Shown: positions 24,936 through 37,056 of the stretch, in pieces
Layout: every line of letters starts with the position of its first letter
Position numbering within the stretch: position 1 is the first letter of the stretch
Translations under genes and position numbers: made by a program
The notes under the pieces: model-generated
The model's database searches: none
What the model was told of the DNA's origin: nothing
The model's input: only the letters and a program-made list of their open reading frames with translations
Assembly (NCBI RefSeq): GCF_964188315.1
Contig: NC_135658.1
Location: 47,740,001 to 47,804,000, forward strand
Reading direction: 5' to 3'
DNA from: Podarcis muralis
Lineage: Eukaryota
Length of the DNA stretch: 64,000 nucleotides

Positions 24936-25708
24936 GGTTGCGTGTTGAGGTCCCTAAGCCACCCCAATAAAACACAATTCACACATAATTTTTGTTTAAG
25001 GTTTTTGGCATAATTTTGGCCACAACTTTATTAAAATACAAAAAATGCATTGGTTGCGACTATCTGTCCCCGCCCGGGGACAGACTTACATTCGCATGCC
25101 TGCGAAAGTCAGAAAGGGAAAACATTTTGGGGAGAAAGATGGAGCTGGCAACCATGCCCTCACCTCTCCCCAAATGCTCCCAGGGGCTTGCGTGGCCCTA
25201 GCCCCTTGACAGAGGTTCGGACAAAAGCATGGCAAGCCCCTGGATTCCTTTAACGGAATACCCTTGCAGCAGCAGCATTGGAGGGGCAGGCACTGCCAAT
25301 CCATGTCCCTCCACCAACCAATTCATAGAACCAATGCCGAACCGCAACCTTACAAGTTGTGACGATATGCTACACAGCAGGCAAAAACCAAGTGGCACCA
25401 GCCAATCAGCCAAATGGACAAAATTCCTACCAGGCCCCTGACCCCAAAGCAGACAACCCCATGACAGGCATAGCAAGGTCAAAGCGAACAACCCTAAATA
25501 TAGGGAGGGTGGGCGGGTAATCTGATGCACACAGCGAAAAGAGGAAGCTCAACGCTGTGTGCAGGGAATATAAAACTTCTTGGCTGTCAATCAAAAAATG
25601 GCAACATCAAATTCTCCCCAACGACAAGAGGAACCCAATCGCAATGGTGGCCAACTACCTTTACCCGTCCAGCAACAGTGGGATGTCTTGTAAGACCCCA
25701 CCGCAACA
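24936..25708 (-). mobile_element. Solo LTR-like element, copy 4 of 4
   Basis: Minus strand starts TGTTGCGG and the other end is GTTGCG, with a possible 4-bp TSD TGTG. TTTTATA box at about 25567-25573 and AATAAAGTTGTGGCC at 25018-25032. Confidence 0.7.
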
Positions 25709-26520
25709 TGTGCTCTCCATGAAGGAGAACACGCTTTGTTGTTGTTTGGGGAATGGTTTGTAGTTCAACTCCCTTTCTTTCCACTGTGTGGTGTTTGGAA
25801 AGCAAAATATAACACTTATTGTTTTAAAATCTGTTTGAATTTTGCAGGTATGGTTAACATTCAACGTTATTCATTGAAAAGGCTGTTGAGCACATGACAT
25901 AAATGCAATTTATCAGTGATATTCATAGCTGGGCTTTTCTCAAATAAATTAGTTCATTGTTTCACTGAGATCTTGTAAAACACGCTATATTTTTCACCCT
26001 CCTATGCTCCTCTGGCATTTCCGTTCCATCATTCACCAGTGTTTGCATCACCCCACATAAACCTTTGATCAGCAGTTTTAAATTTTCTGCTTCCTTTTCT
26101 CTCTATCACAGTTGAGTAGGATGAAAAAATATGACTTGGGTTTACTCACCTATGAAACCACTTCCTTTCACATTTTCCATTGCAGTTTATATGGCTAGGA
26201 AAGAACAGCTTCTTGGGACTGTAACTTGTGCTTCTTGAGTCCTTGATTTGGATCCGTGGTAAGGTATGCTCTTCTACAGCAGTCTCTTCTCTTATGCATT
26301 AAAAACCAACAACACTTGCTTTTTAATATCTACCGGAATCATAAAATACGAATTTGAACAACTCTATATAGCTGTTATGGATCAAAAGCCTTAATTATTT
26401 TTGTAGGGATGGTAAAGGCAGTTAACTAATAGTTAAAGGTTAATTGGAGTTAAATACTGTTAGCTAAAACACAAAATATTATATAAAGAAATGTACAAAT
26501 GTTACACTGGACACTACAGA

Positions 26521-27035
26521 TTGTTTGTTTGTTTGTTTGTTTGTTTGTTTACTTACTTACTGGCTTTTTCCAGACAGGGACCCAAGGTGGCTTACAGATA
26601 ACATAAGAACAGCTAAAAATATAGCCCAGGGTGGGGGGAGTATTAAGAAACAATTAAAAATTAAAAGAAGAGAAACTCTCTCCTCTATTTAAACCATACA
26701 GATAATTACCATAGAAACAGTCCTTTCATTAAATGCACTCAGTAGAATAACCACCTGCTGGCAGGACAACAAGGAGGGAGCCACTCAAACTTCTCTAGGG
26801 CGGGAGTTCCAAAATTTGGGAGCAGCCACCAAGAAGGCCCTCTCCTGTGTCTCTACCAAGCATACCTGTGAGGGTGGTGGAACTGAGAGAAGGGCCTTCC
26901 CCAATGATCTATGAGGGAATATGGTCTTTCAGAGAGCTTGGACCTAAGCCATATAGGGCTTTATAGGTTAGAAGCAGCACTTTGAATTGTGCTTGGAAGC
27001 AGAGAAGTAGCGAGTGAAGCTGTTGTAATAAGGAA
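26521..27035 (-). mobile_element. L2 LINE 3' fragment with (AAAC)n tail
   Basis: GGGAGTTCCAAAATTTGGGAGCAGCCACCAAGAAGGCCC and CCATATAGGGCTTTATAGGT..AGCACTTTGAATTG are typical antisense L2 3' sequence. Confidence 0.8.
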
Positions 27036-28597
27036 ATTGTAATTATCCTCCTATATCATAAAAAATATCAAAGCCATTTACAACAACACATTTTCATCAA
27101 AAAACCCCATGGCCACTTAAAATCAGAGCCCAGCAACAAACTATAATGGAGAAACATATTCTTCATTGCCCTCACAAGCCTGGCAGAACAAAGTTTTCAG
27201 TAGGCTTAAAAGTCTTAAAGGCTTAAAAGTCAGAAGGCTTTTCTTGAATGGTTCTAGAACATGGGAAATGCTATTTTTTAGACAGAGGTGAAATATCACA
27301 TTGATTACTCCTTTAATTTTTGACTTAAAGGGAAGGGAAAGTGTAGATTTTGACTTTCCCGTAAGAACAGAAAATGATCTACTGTTCAAAGCTTTGGAAC
27401 AAAATGGTTCATTAGTTCCCCTCCCCTTGCGTATCTGAGGAATGTCATGCCCTCACAATGGCACACATTTTGAACTCTTTCCAATTTCAGATATTTCCCA
27501 TCTCTTTTAATACCTCATTGCTTTTGCATCAATTACAGCCTGACCTAAAGCCTCACTGGAAGTAGATATGATATATAGTGGAATCTATTTAAATGAATTT
27601 CTGATGAAAGAATAAAACTGTTAAAAGAATAAATTTACCACACACAGATTTATACAAATCCAGTATATGCAGTGAAATCCTCTTAAATGAAAAACTGATG
27701 AAAGATTAAAATGTTAAATGAATTAAAACCTGGCATCCCAGTGATATATAATGATGATTTGACCTATTAAAGGAGAGAACCTGATGAACCAGTGGAGTGC
27801 TCCAGGATGTCAGTTTTTAAATATGCAGTGAAACTCTGTAAAGTAAATACATGATCAATATATATATCTATTAAGACTAAATTTATTGTAGACTAAATAA
27901 ATAGTAGACATTTATTACTCTTGCTCACTCGGTAGGTGAATGCAGTATGTCGTCTGATGCTAATGGATGAGAGAAGCATGTGCTACAGACTGCTAAGAAT
28001 TTAACTCAACGTGTGAATCAGAGGATTATTGCATTCAAAGGTATGCAGCCCATTCACCTAGCCAGACTAAATCAGAAAATGCAGGAGGGGGACAGGGAGG
28101 GATTTTCACACATTGTACCTGTGGCTCTGTAGATGGGCATTTTGCTTAATACATCACAGAAAATGACTGCACAGTTCCTGTGTTGCAAGAGAAGCATGGA
28201 TGATAATGTGTGATGTGCATAAAGGTCTCTTACTCATGATTCTTTTCACACAGTACACTGACACCCACATTATCTTTGAAAAGGGCAAAAGAAATTCTCT
28301 TTAAAACTTAAAATTTAAATTAATGCACATATGTGTAACCAACCTCCCGGAGGGGATTGTTATTATTAGCTGTATTGCTTTCATCACCTGCTGAACCTTT
28401 TTGTTGAAACAGGCCTGTCCACACGTGTAAATTTGGCATGTATATTTTATATGTAGTTTTACTTTATAATGAATATTTTAAAACTGCTATGGAAAAAAAA
28501 ATCAAGCTAGCTTGTTTCTAACAGCTACTTTACCAGTAATTTTAATGTATATTTTTTGCAAAGCACTTAGAGATTTTGATGACTAAGTGGCATATAA

Positions 28598-29262
28598 TCT
28601 TGGACTACTGCAACACGCTCTATGTGGGGTGACCCAGAAACTACAACTAATCCAGAATGCAGCAGCTAGACTGATGACTGGGAGCGGCTGCCGAGACCAC
28701 ATAACACCGGTCTTGAAAGACCTACATTGGCTCCCAGTACGTTTCCGAGCACAATTCAAAGTGTTGGTGTTTAGCGTTTAGGCCTTTAAAGCCCTAAATG
28801 GTCTCAGTCCAGGCCAACACCTGCTTCATGTTGCTTCCTTTACATATCCTGTCTCTTGTTTAGCACTTTCCCCACTCGGTCCAGTATATCTGAAGGAGCG
28901 TCTCCACCCCCATCGTTCTGCCCGGACACAGAGATCCAGCGCCGAGGGCCTTCTGGTGGTTCCCTCGCTGCAAGAAGCCAAGTTACAGTGAACCAGACAG
29001 AAGGCCTTCTTGGTAGTGGCACCCAGCCTGTGGAACGCCCTTCCACCAGATGTCAAAGAGAAAAACAACTACCAGACTTTTAGAAGACATCTGAAGGCAG
29101 CCCTGTTTAGGGAAGCTTTTAATGTTTAATAGACTATTGTATTTTAATATTTTGTTGGAAGCCGCCCAGAGTGGCTGGGTAAACCCAACCAGATGGGCAG
29201 GGTATAAATAAGTTTTTAACAACAACAGCAGCAACAACAACAACAACAACAACAGCAACAAA
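28598..29262 (+). mobile_element. L2 LINE 3' fragment with (CAA)n tail
   Basis: Translates to LDYCNTLY..LQLIQNAAARLMTGSGCRDHITPVLKDLHWLPVRFRAQFKVL, the L2 ORF2 C-terminus, with frameshifts. Confidence 0.9.
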
Positions 29263-29439
29263 TTGCATTATTGGGGAGCTAGAGCCTGAACAGAGTGCTA
29301 TTAACATTTTCAGGGTTCTCTCCTGCCTGCCCCTAGTAAGGAGTACAGAGCACTGAACAGATGCCTGCCTTACAACAAGATAGAGTTCCCTTTTGCAGAG
29401 GGAGCGGGGAAGGGAAGATCCCATGTTGTTGAACTACAG

Positions 29440-29925
29440 TGGCCCCTCAGTGGTGTATCTGGCTTCATAACTAGACAGCTTTCAGCAAATGGCGAAGACG
29501 CACCTCTTTGCCCTGGCCTTTGACACCTGAGATGATGATGATGATTTATTTATAAATAAATAAAGTGGTATCCCCAGCCACTCTGGGAGGCTCCCAACAG
29601 AATATTAAAAACACGTTAAAACATCAAACATTAAAAACTTCCCTAAACAGGGCTTCTAAAAATCAGATAGTTGTTTATTTCTTTGACATCTGGTGGGAGG
29701 GCATTCCACAGGGCGGGCACTACCAGGAAGGCCCTCTGCCTGGTTCCCTGTAACCTCACTTCTCACAGTGAGATGTGTGGTTTTGGGGGACTCATACTGT
29801 TCCTGAAACTGTAAACTGTTTTAATTGTTTTAAACTCTGAATTTTAAATTGTTGTAACCTACCCTGGATCTGCTGGTGAAGGCCAAGTAATAAATTTAAT
29901 AAATAATAAAATAATAATAATACTA
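29440..29925. mobile_element. Nested L2 fragments: a plus-strand 3' end interrupted by a minus-strand L2 at about 29545-29792
   Basis: The inner piece is the reverse complement of the 28980-29200 family. The outer piece resumes at about 29793 and ends TTGTAACCTACCCTGG..AATAAATTTAATAAA. TGAGATG lies on both sides of the inner piece. Confidence 0.65.
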
Positions 29926-29954
29926 TCACTTCCACAATGTTTTTAAGGTTTTTA

Positions 29955-31012
29955 TTTGTGTCGACCACAACTATGGCAAGTTCTTAAAGAAATGGGAGTG
30001 CCTGATCACCTCATCTGTCTCCTGAGAAATCTCTATGTGGGACAAGAAGCTACAGTTAGAACTGGATATGAAACAACTGATTGGCTCAAAATTGGGAAAG
30101 GAGTACGACAAGGCTATATATTGTCTCCCTGCTTATTTAACTTATATGCAGAATTCATCATGCGAAAGGCTGGGCTGGATGAATCCCAAGCCGGAATTAA
30201 GATTGACGGAAGAAATATCAACAACCTCAGATATGCAGATGACACAACCTTGATGGCAGAAAGTGAGGAGGAATTAAAGAACCTTTTAATGAGGGTGAAA
30301 GAGGAGAGCGCAAAATATGGTCTGAAGCTCAACATAAAAAAACACACGAAGATCAAGGCCACTGGTCCTATCACCTCCTGGCAAATAGAAGAGGAAGAAA
30401 TAGAAGCAGTGAGAGTTTACTTTCTTGGGGTCCATGATCACTGCAGATGGTGACAGCAGTCACGAAATTAAAAGATGCCTGCTTCTTGGGAAAAAAGCAA
30501 TGACAAACCTAGACAGCATCTTAAAAAGCAGAGACATCACGTTGCCAATAAAGGTCCATATAGTTAAAGCTATGGTTTTCCCAGTAGTGATGTATGGAAG
30601 TGAGAGCTGGACCATAAATAAGGCTGATTGCTGAAGAATTGATGCTTTTGAATTATGGTGCTGGAGGAGACTCTTGAGAATCCCATGGGCTACAAGAAGA
30701 TCAAACGTATCCATTCTGAAGGAAATCAGCCCAGAGTGCTCACTGGAAGGACAGATCCTGAAGCAAAGGCTCCAATACTTTGGCCGCCTCATGAGAAGAG
30801 AAGACTCCCTGGAAAAGACCCTGATGTTGGGAAAGATTGAGGGCACAAGGAGAAGGGGGCGACAGAGGATGAGATGGTTGGACTGTGTTCTCGAAGCTAC
30901 CAGCATGAGTTTGACCAAACTGTGGGAGGCAGTGGAAGACAGGAGTGCCTGGCGTGCTCTGGTCCATGGGGTCACGAAGAGTCAGACATGACTAAACAAC
31001 TAAACAACAACA
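29955..31012 (+). mobile_element. BovB (RTE) LINE, 5'-truncated and inactivated
   Basis: RT motif NINNLRYADDTTL and C-terminal ..RRRGRQRMRWLD..WRALVHGVTKS, with a (CAA)n tail. Frameshift near 30410 and premature TGA near 30632. Confidence 0.95.
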
Positions 31013-31080
31013 GAAAAATAAAGAACATCAATAACTATACAAAAATAATAAATAAAGTGTGAGTGTGTTGTAATGATATA

Positions 31081-31340
31081 TAGCCACACCTCATGTTACG
31101 TTTGCTTCCTGATACGTCTTTTCAGGTTGCGTCCCGCAGCGACCCAGAAGTACCAGAAAGGGTTACTTCTGGGTATTGCCCCTCGCACATGCGCAGACGC
31201 ACGATATGATGTCATGCGCATGCGCAGAAGCGGATAATTGCAACCCCCGCATGCACAGATGCACCACTGCAGGTTGTGTTCTGCTCATGTTGCGAACGGG
31301 CCTCCGGAACAGATCCTGTTCGCAACCATAGGTACCACTG
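31081..31340. mobile_element. Tigger-like MITE
   Basis: Right end AGGTACCACTG|TA; left end decayed (TAGCCACACCTC). Internal TGCGCATGCGCA. Confidence 0.75.
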
Positions 31341-31715
31341 TATAACTCTTCTACAGCATTTGTTTGTGTCTTGGTTACCAAGTTATTAATGAAATCATAT
31401 CTATATTTGCTTTTTTCTAGCAGTGCTGCCAAAGAAAGGCAAAAACACTTTATGAAGCAGTAATGAAAAACGTGCTAAAACATTAAAAGAAACCAATTTT
31501 CTCCAATGCCTCTTTTCTCATATCAAGCATACCAAGACATTTACAACATCCCTGCCTGCATTGCTTATTTGTTTTTTTCCCTCAGCAACCGCTGCGCATT
31601 ACAGACTCTTGCAGCACTCCAAGGGCCATCTCCCTTCCCTCAAAGTGGAAAAAGATGGCATGGTGCTCCCATCTTCCTTCCAAGAGGACATACATATACT
31701 TCTCAAGAACTAAAC

Positions 31716-31901
31716 CAGGGGTAGTCAGACTTTTTATACCTACCGCCCACTAATGCATCTTTCTTGAGGGTAAAATTTCCTTACCTCCCACCAGTGCTCG
31801 ATGGAAGGAGGATTCAACTTGTGCCGTAGAACCCCCTACTGCCCACCTAGAATCCTGAAACGCCCACTAGTGGGTGGCAGGGACCTAGTTGACAACCCCT
31901 G
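31716..31901. mobile_element. hAT (Charlie-like) MITE
   Basis: TIR CAGGGGTAGTCA / TTGACAACCCCTG. No intact TSD. Confidence 0.75.
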
Positions 31902-33226
31902 AGTGGTGATTTCAGCTCCCTGAGTGCTGCAGTACTCCCATAAACCCCTAACACCCAATAGCTGTTTTTAAATGATAAAACCCTGGAGGATCCAGTTCAT
32001 TGTTCTCCAAAAATACATCTTGTTTGATATTAAGTATGCTTTATTTTCAAGCTTCATAATATATGTTTTGGGCCTTCTTAAAAACACTTCTTTGCAACTT
32101 TTTAAACTCACTGTCGTGATTCATTATTATTATTTTTGCCATTCTGCAAGTTAACTAAATGAGCCTAGCAGAATATGGATTAAGGAACACTATTCTTAAA
32201 TAATTGTTTTGTTCTGCTCAGGGGAATAAAATCCATTGCCAGATCCACTGTAATAGCAGAAAACAAGTTTAAATCTAGATTTTAATTGGCAAGATTTTTT
32301 TTAGATGTGAAAATCCCCCCCCCCCCATACTACTTCTTTTAGATCAGTGGGACGATCATGCCGAATCCCCTGATGTATCTTTGAAAAAAACACCAACCAG
32401 AGTTGTCCATCATATATACGCAATGCAGGAGACATAGACGATTAGATGAATGTAATAAAGGACAACTAAAATGATTCTGAGCTTTGCGAATTAGAGTTTT
32501 GAAAGAAGGTTAATCAGTCTTGCCCTTTATAGCTCATGTTAAGGAGACTAAGAGGGCGATCTCCTTGAGAAACACAAGTTACTTTAGAGATGAGAACAGA
32601 TTGTTCCCACCAACAATCTGTTTAAGATAGCAACTAGCTAAAATGAATGAGAGATGGATATATAAAGAGAAGGCCACCTAAAATCAATACAGATTTGATG
32701 GGGCTCACAGGAACAAAGTCATAAAATCCAATAAGGGCAATGGGATTGGTGAATGAACCCTTGCAGGACAAACACTTCTGTTAACCAGGAGGCTTCTCAA
32801 AGCAGCATTAAGAGTGAAAGGATGCTTGATACAGGCAGAGCGAGAGTCAGGATCCTTGGGCACATACTGAGGTGCACATCACAAAGCAGGGGGCACTGCC
32901 AATTTCTGGAACCCCCTGACTCTGCTGTTTCTGCTGTGCCTGTTCATCAGCCTCCTGTAAGCAGCTGGGCAATGGTAGGAGGAGGAAGTAACTGCAACTT
33001 CCACTCACCTTCCTTTTTGGGTGGCTGTGTGGATTGGCCCAAAGGGAGAGGGCAAGTGAATTGGCTGTGGTGAAAAAGACATGGCCAACTCAGGCAGCAG
33101 GTCCACTGAGGGCATGTTGGCCAAGGACCTCCCCAAACCTGGATTCAGCACCGGATACAGGAAGAGTCTTAGGGCATATCAATTAGAAGAGTTCCAAACC
33201 TCAGCCGGGAGCAGCAGGGCAGAATC

Positions 33227-33362
33227 NNNNNNNNNNNNNNNNNNNNNNNNNNNNNNNNNNNNNNNNNNNNNNNNNNNNNNNNNNNNNNNNNNNNNNNNNN
33301 NNNNNNNNNNNNNNNNNNNNNNNNNNNNNNNNNNNNNNNNNNNNNNNNNNNNNNNNNNNNNN
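33227..33362. other. Assembly gap (136 N)
   Basis: Run of N in the sequence. Confidence 1.
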
Positions 33363-33640
33363 TATTTTGTTTTTCTATTTTGCTGTGCAAACTCTAGGCT
33401 TGATCAACCTGGGAAATGGGCCAATTTGGATCCACTGGGTCTGTTTTCCTTTTCTCTATAATTCCCCATTGTGGGGTCTTGTGCTAAGTATCAAGGTGGG
33501 AACACCATGAGTGGTAACTTCCTAAACACCCTACTTTGGGTGGGTGCAGCAGGGGCCTCTGTAAAAGGCAGCCCCAGCTGAAGGCCAATGCTATCCTATG
33601 GGCACCCTGCATCAGCCTTGCCATGCAGTTCAATGTAGAG

Positions 33641-33760
33641 CAGGGGTCGCCAACATGGCACCCTCTTGATGTTGTTGGACTACAACTCCCATTTCCCATC
33701 ACAACTGGCTATGCTGACTTGGCTGGTGGAGGCACCACATTGACTATCCCTGGTGCACTG
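33641..33760. mobile_element. Decayed palindromic hAT-type MITE; related copies at about 38505-38630, 42780-42860, 42950-43050 and 48745-48858
   Basis: CAGGGGTCGCCAAC..GATGTTGTTGGACTACAACTCCCAT core, shared with the 53491 element. Confidence 0.6.
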
Positions 33761-35324
33761 CCCATTGCTGAAATGACTGGAAAAGACCTTGCAAGTAGAT
33801 GATTTCTGTTTGTAATCAAAGTCCACAAATGCTGGCTTTATTGCAGTGTCTGTCTAAAGCATCTCCCCAACATTAATTTCCTTTGTACTGCCAAAACCCA
33901 TCAAAACCACAACCCTCTCCCAGTAAATCTGCCCCTTCCCATGCTTTAGTTATCTTCTTCCTTGTTGTGTTTGTCATGATCTTTGTATCAGCACTAGAAG
34001 TAAATAAATCAAATGAATTTTAAGTTATTCGTGTTGTTTGTAGAGGGTGGGGGATGAGAGCTGGGATTTAAGGCTTCGGGAAAGTGGTGTGCAGTAGGCT
34101 AATCTGCTTTAATAGAGGGAAGTCATTCCAAAGCCATGCTGGCTCTGAAGTGTTCTTTGTTTTGTTTCTGTGTATATGAAAAAGAAAAATACTTAGTACA
34201 TTACGGCAATAATTGCTGTGAATATAAGCCGAATGTATTTTCATATACTATAGACATCCATGTTTCATTAAGGGCAATCAAAGAGCAATTTTCTGTGTAT
34301 GTCTTTGTGTGTTTGTAAGGAAAGAAATAATTGGTACTAAAGAAAGTGTTCCATGTTTCACCAAACACCTTACTTCATTCTCATCAAGATTATTGGTGTC
34401 ACCTTCCAGTAAGTCAGGAAAACCTGCCAGGGTAATTAATATATGGAGAGCAGAGTTTGCGACTTTGTCAAGTATTTATGAAGTATTTAGTGCACCCTTC
34501 TTTTCATTATAATTTCAGAGCATTTAAATGTAGTCGTCATGCTCTGAGTTATGATTTGGCTTTTTCTGTAAAAGGAAAGCTTCTTTTTTATTTGTGTCAT
34601 TGAATACTGGGATTCTTGGGGTTCGGTATTAAATACAATATTTCATACTTTGTGGCATAATCACAGCCTTGGAGATTTCCAGACCCCCTGCAAATAATAA
34701 AGCCTTGCCTCTTCGTATTTATGCATGACTTCTGCTTCACCTCTTGAACCTTTTCAACATACTGTCAAGCAGACTCTATTTTCTCTGATTATCCGAGATT
34801 ACTTTCCGTCCTCTCAAATGCAGTTCATTACTTTCTTCAATGGAATTCCAAATCTGTGCTCTAACAGATTCCTAAACCTTAGCAAACCTGTACATTACTA
34901 AGCCTTCGCTGTGCTTGCCATATGGTTAACCTGATTTCAGTGACCCAAATCACATAATTTTGATTAATGATGTGTAATTAGAAAAAATACCATGCTGGCA
35001 GTAATTAAGTCCCTCATGATCTTATCTCCACCAGCCATGTAAGGAAAGCTATTTGACAAGCTGAAGAACCCATAGAAAATGTAGGGTGTGAATTCAGCCC
35101 CTCATATCATTTCAGGTCGTCTTGCTAAGCATATTTATTTATATGAAGACCTCACTAAAATCGATAGTACTAGAATCAGTCAGTGGGATATGGGTACATG
35201 ATCCATAGCTTATGCACACATCACATGACTTTATGGATCAGGAACTGTGGCATCAACTGAATGTATATGTGTATTTGAATGTTTAATTATACATTGAAAT
35301 GTGCATCGCTATTCATACAGTAAG

Positions 35325-35490
35325 AACCAAGAAGACCCTCTTGGACTAGAGTCCAGCACCCTGTTCTCACTGTGACTGCCCACATGCCTGTGGGAAACCT
35401 GTAAGCAGACCCGAGCACAAGAGGTCTTAAGATCTCTTGTTAAGATCTCTTGTGGTCTCTAGCAATCGGTATTCAGAAGCAAACTACCTC
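35325..35490 (-). mobile_element. Decayed LINE (CR1-like) 3' end; related copy at about 46920-47030
   Basis: AAGAACCAAGAAGACCC..CTAGAGTCCAGCACCCTGTTCTCAC motif, with similar TAGTCCAGCATCC at 46960. Confidence 0.5.
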
Positions 35491-36995
35491 CAACTATGAT
35501 TAATCCACATTCTGTTTCTGTGATTAATCCAGAGAATCCACATTTTTTGACGGACTAGGCACACATAAATATCCTTTTTAAAAATAAGCAACAAGCTAGA
35601 CTGGATTTTTTAAGCCACCACATGCTAATACTGCAAGGTAGTTGTTGTGTCATCTCAAAAATTAAAAACAAAAAAAACAAAAACTGGTTTTCAGTTGCAT
35701 CTGGGAAGCTGTTAAGTTTTGCTGCAATGTATTATTTTGTGACTTGGCTGGACTGTGGGTGTGTTTATAAAGGGTTCACTAAAATGGCACCTGCAGGAAC
35801 CATTCTGCTTTCCAGTACCTCCTTTGGAGTCCACAAAAGATTTCAGTAAATCCCCTCAAAAATCTATATTGCCTGCATTGAATGTGCCCTCTTAAACATC
35901 CCCATATTTCATTGCCAGGACTAGACAACCACCCATTATTTTATTTTGAACAGAGGAGAGGTGCAAAGAGCTTCTTTCTATGATGGAGCATAGGGGTCAG
36001 TAGTGTAGATGCCTTTTCTCCAATGATGTGGGGAGGGCATGCCCGTACAATTTTGTGGGCCTGCCTCTTTTTCTGCTTTTTTGGGATGTCACAGCCATTG
36101 TGTATTATGCCACACCTTCATGGGAGCTGATTTATGACTAATCTCCACAGCACTTTATCAGACTTCCAGGTGTTCCTATTGGCCAAAAAGGTTGGCAACT
36201 CTGATATAAGTATCATGCCATATTAGAAAAAAGCAAAAGACAACACTTAAGGTAGCCATGTTTCCAAAACCCACAGTTGGGCAGAGTTTTATTGGATCAA
36301 CCAAAATGTCAGAAAATTGTAAGGAGGTACTTCATAACTCTTCATCAGACTAGATGTCGTACAAAGCAGGGGATGTGGGAATAAGGAAGAAAGGTGCAAA
36401 AATTAGGCTTTGTACTATAGGAATGGAGGTTGGCATTTGGATTCAGTCTCAAGATGGAGATTGCAGATTGATATTGATTGATTGGTTGGTTGGTTGGTTG
36501 ATTGATTGATTGAGTGTCCGTTAGGTGCTGCACTGCTGCAGGGTTCAGCTAGGATTCTGGGATACAGAAGCAATAGCTGATCTCCATTCTTAAAATCACA
36601 AAGCCTGGCAGTTTCCAAGATACATCTCACACCTCAAGCAAAACACATATGTTCCTGGTAAGAAGAAAAGAACAGAAGCCAAGAGAAATACAGCAGTCTT
36701 CATATTAACAAAGCTGTAAAGCACTGTTATTCGTCTGATTAAGTGGGAGTTGGAGATCTTAAAATGGCCGTCAAATCACTTAGGATGTATCATGGTTAAA
36801 AGACCCATTATGCTGTGAGTTTGGCAGCTGTGCTCCAATTTGTACACCTGAACATGGAAAGGCGGGTTTTAAATGTACATGTTAAAGGAGGTGTATTTGG
36901 AGGTCTCAAAGCATGTTGCTCATTTCCATCTACAAGGGAAGTAAAAACTCATCTGGAATGAGCTTGGGGTAGTGTACGTGGTTGTCCCCCACTCA

Positions 36996-37056
36996 AGAGA
37001 GAGAGAGAGAGAAAGAGAATGAATGAATGAATGAATGAATGAATGAATGAATGAAT
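36996..37056 (+). repeat. (GA)n + (GAAT)n compound microsatellite
   Basis: Direct reading of the sequence. Confidence 0.9.

Noticed and set aside
33078-33226. GC-richer sequence running into the N gap
   Set aside because: I could not assign it. It is probably the edge of an unassembled repeat and cannot be interpreted without gap closure.
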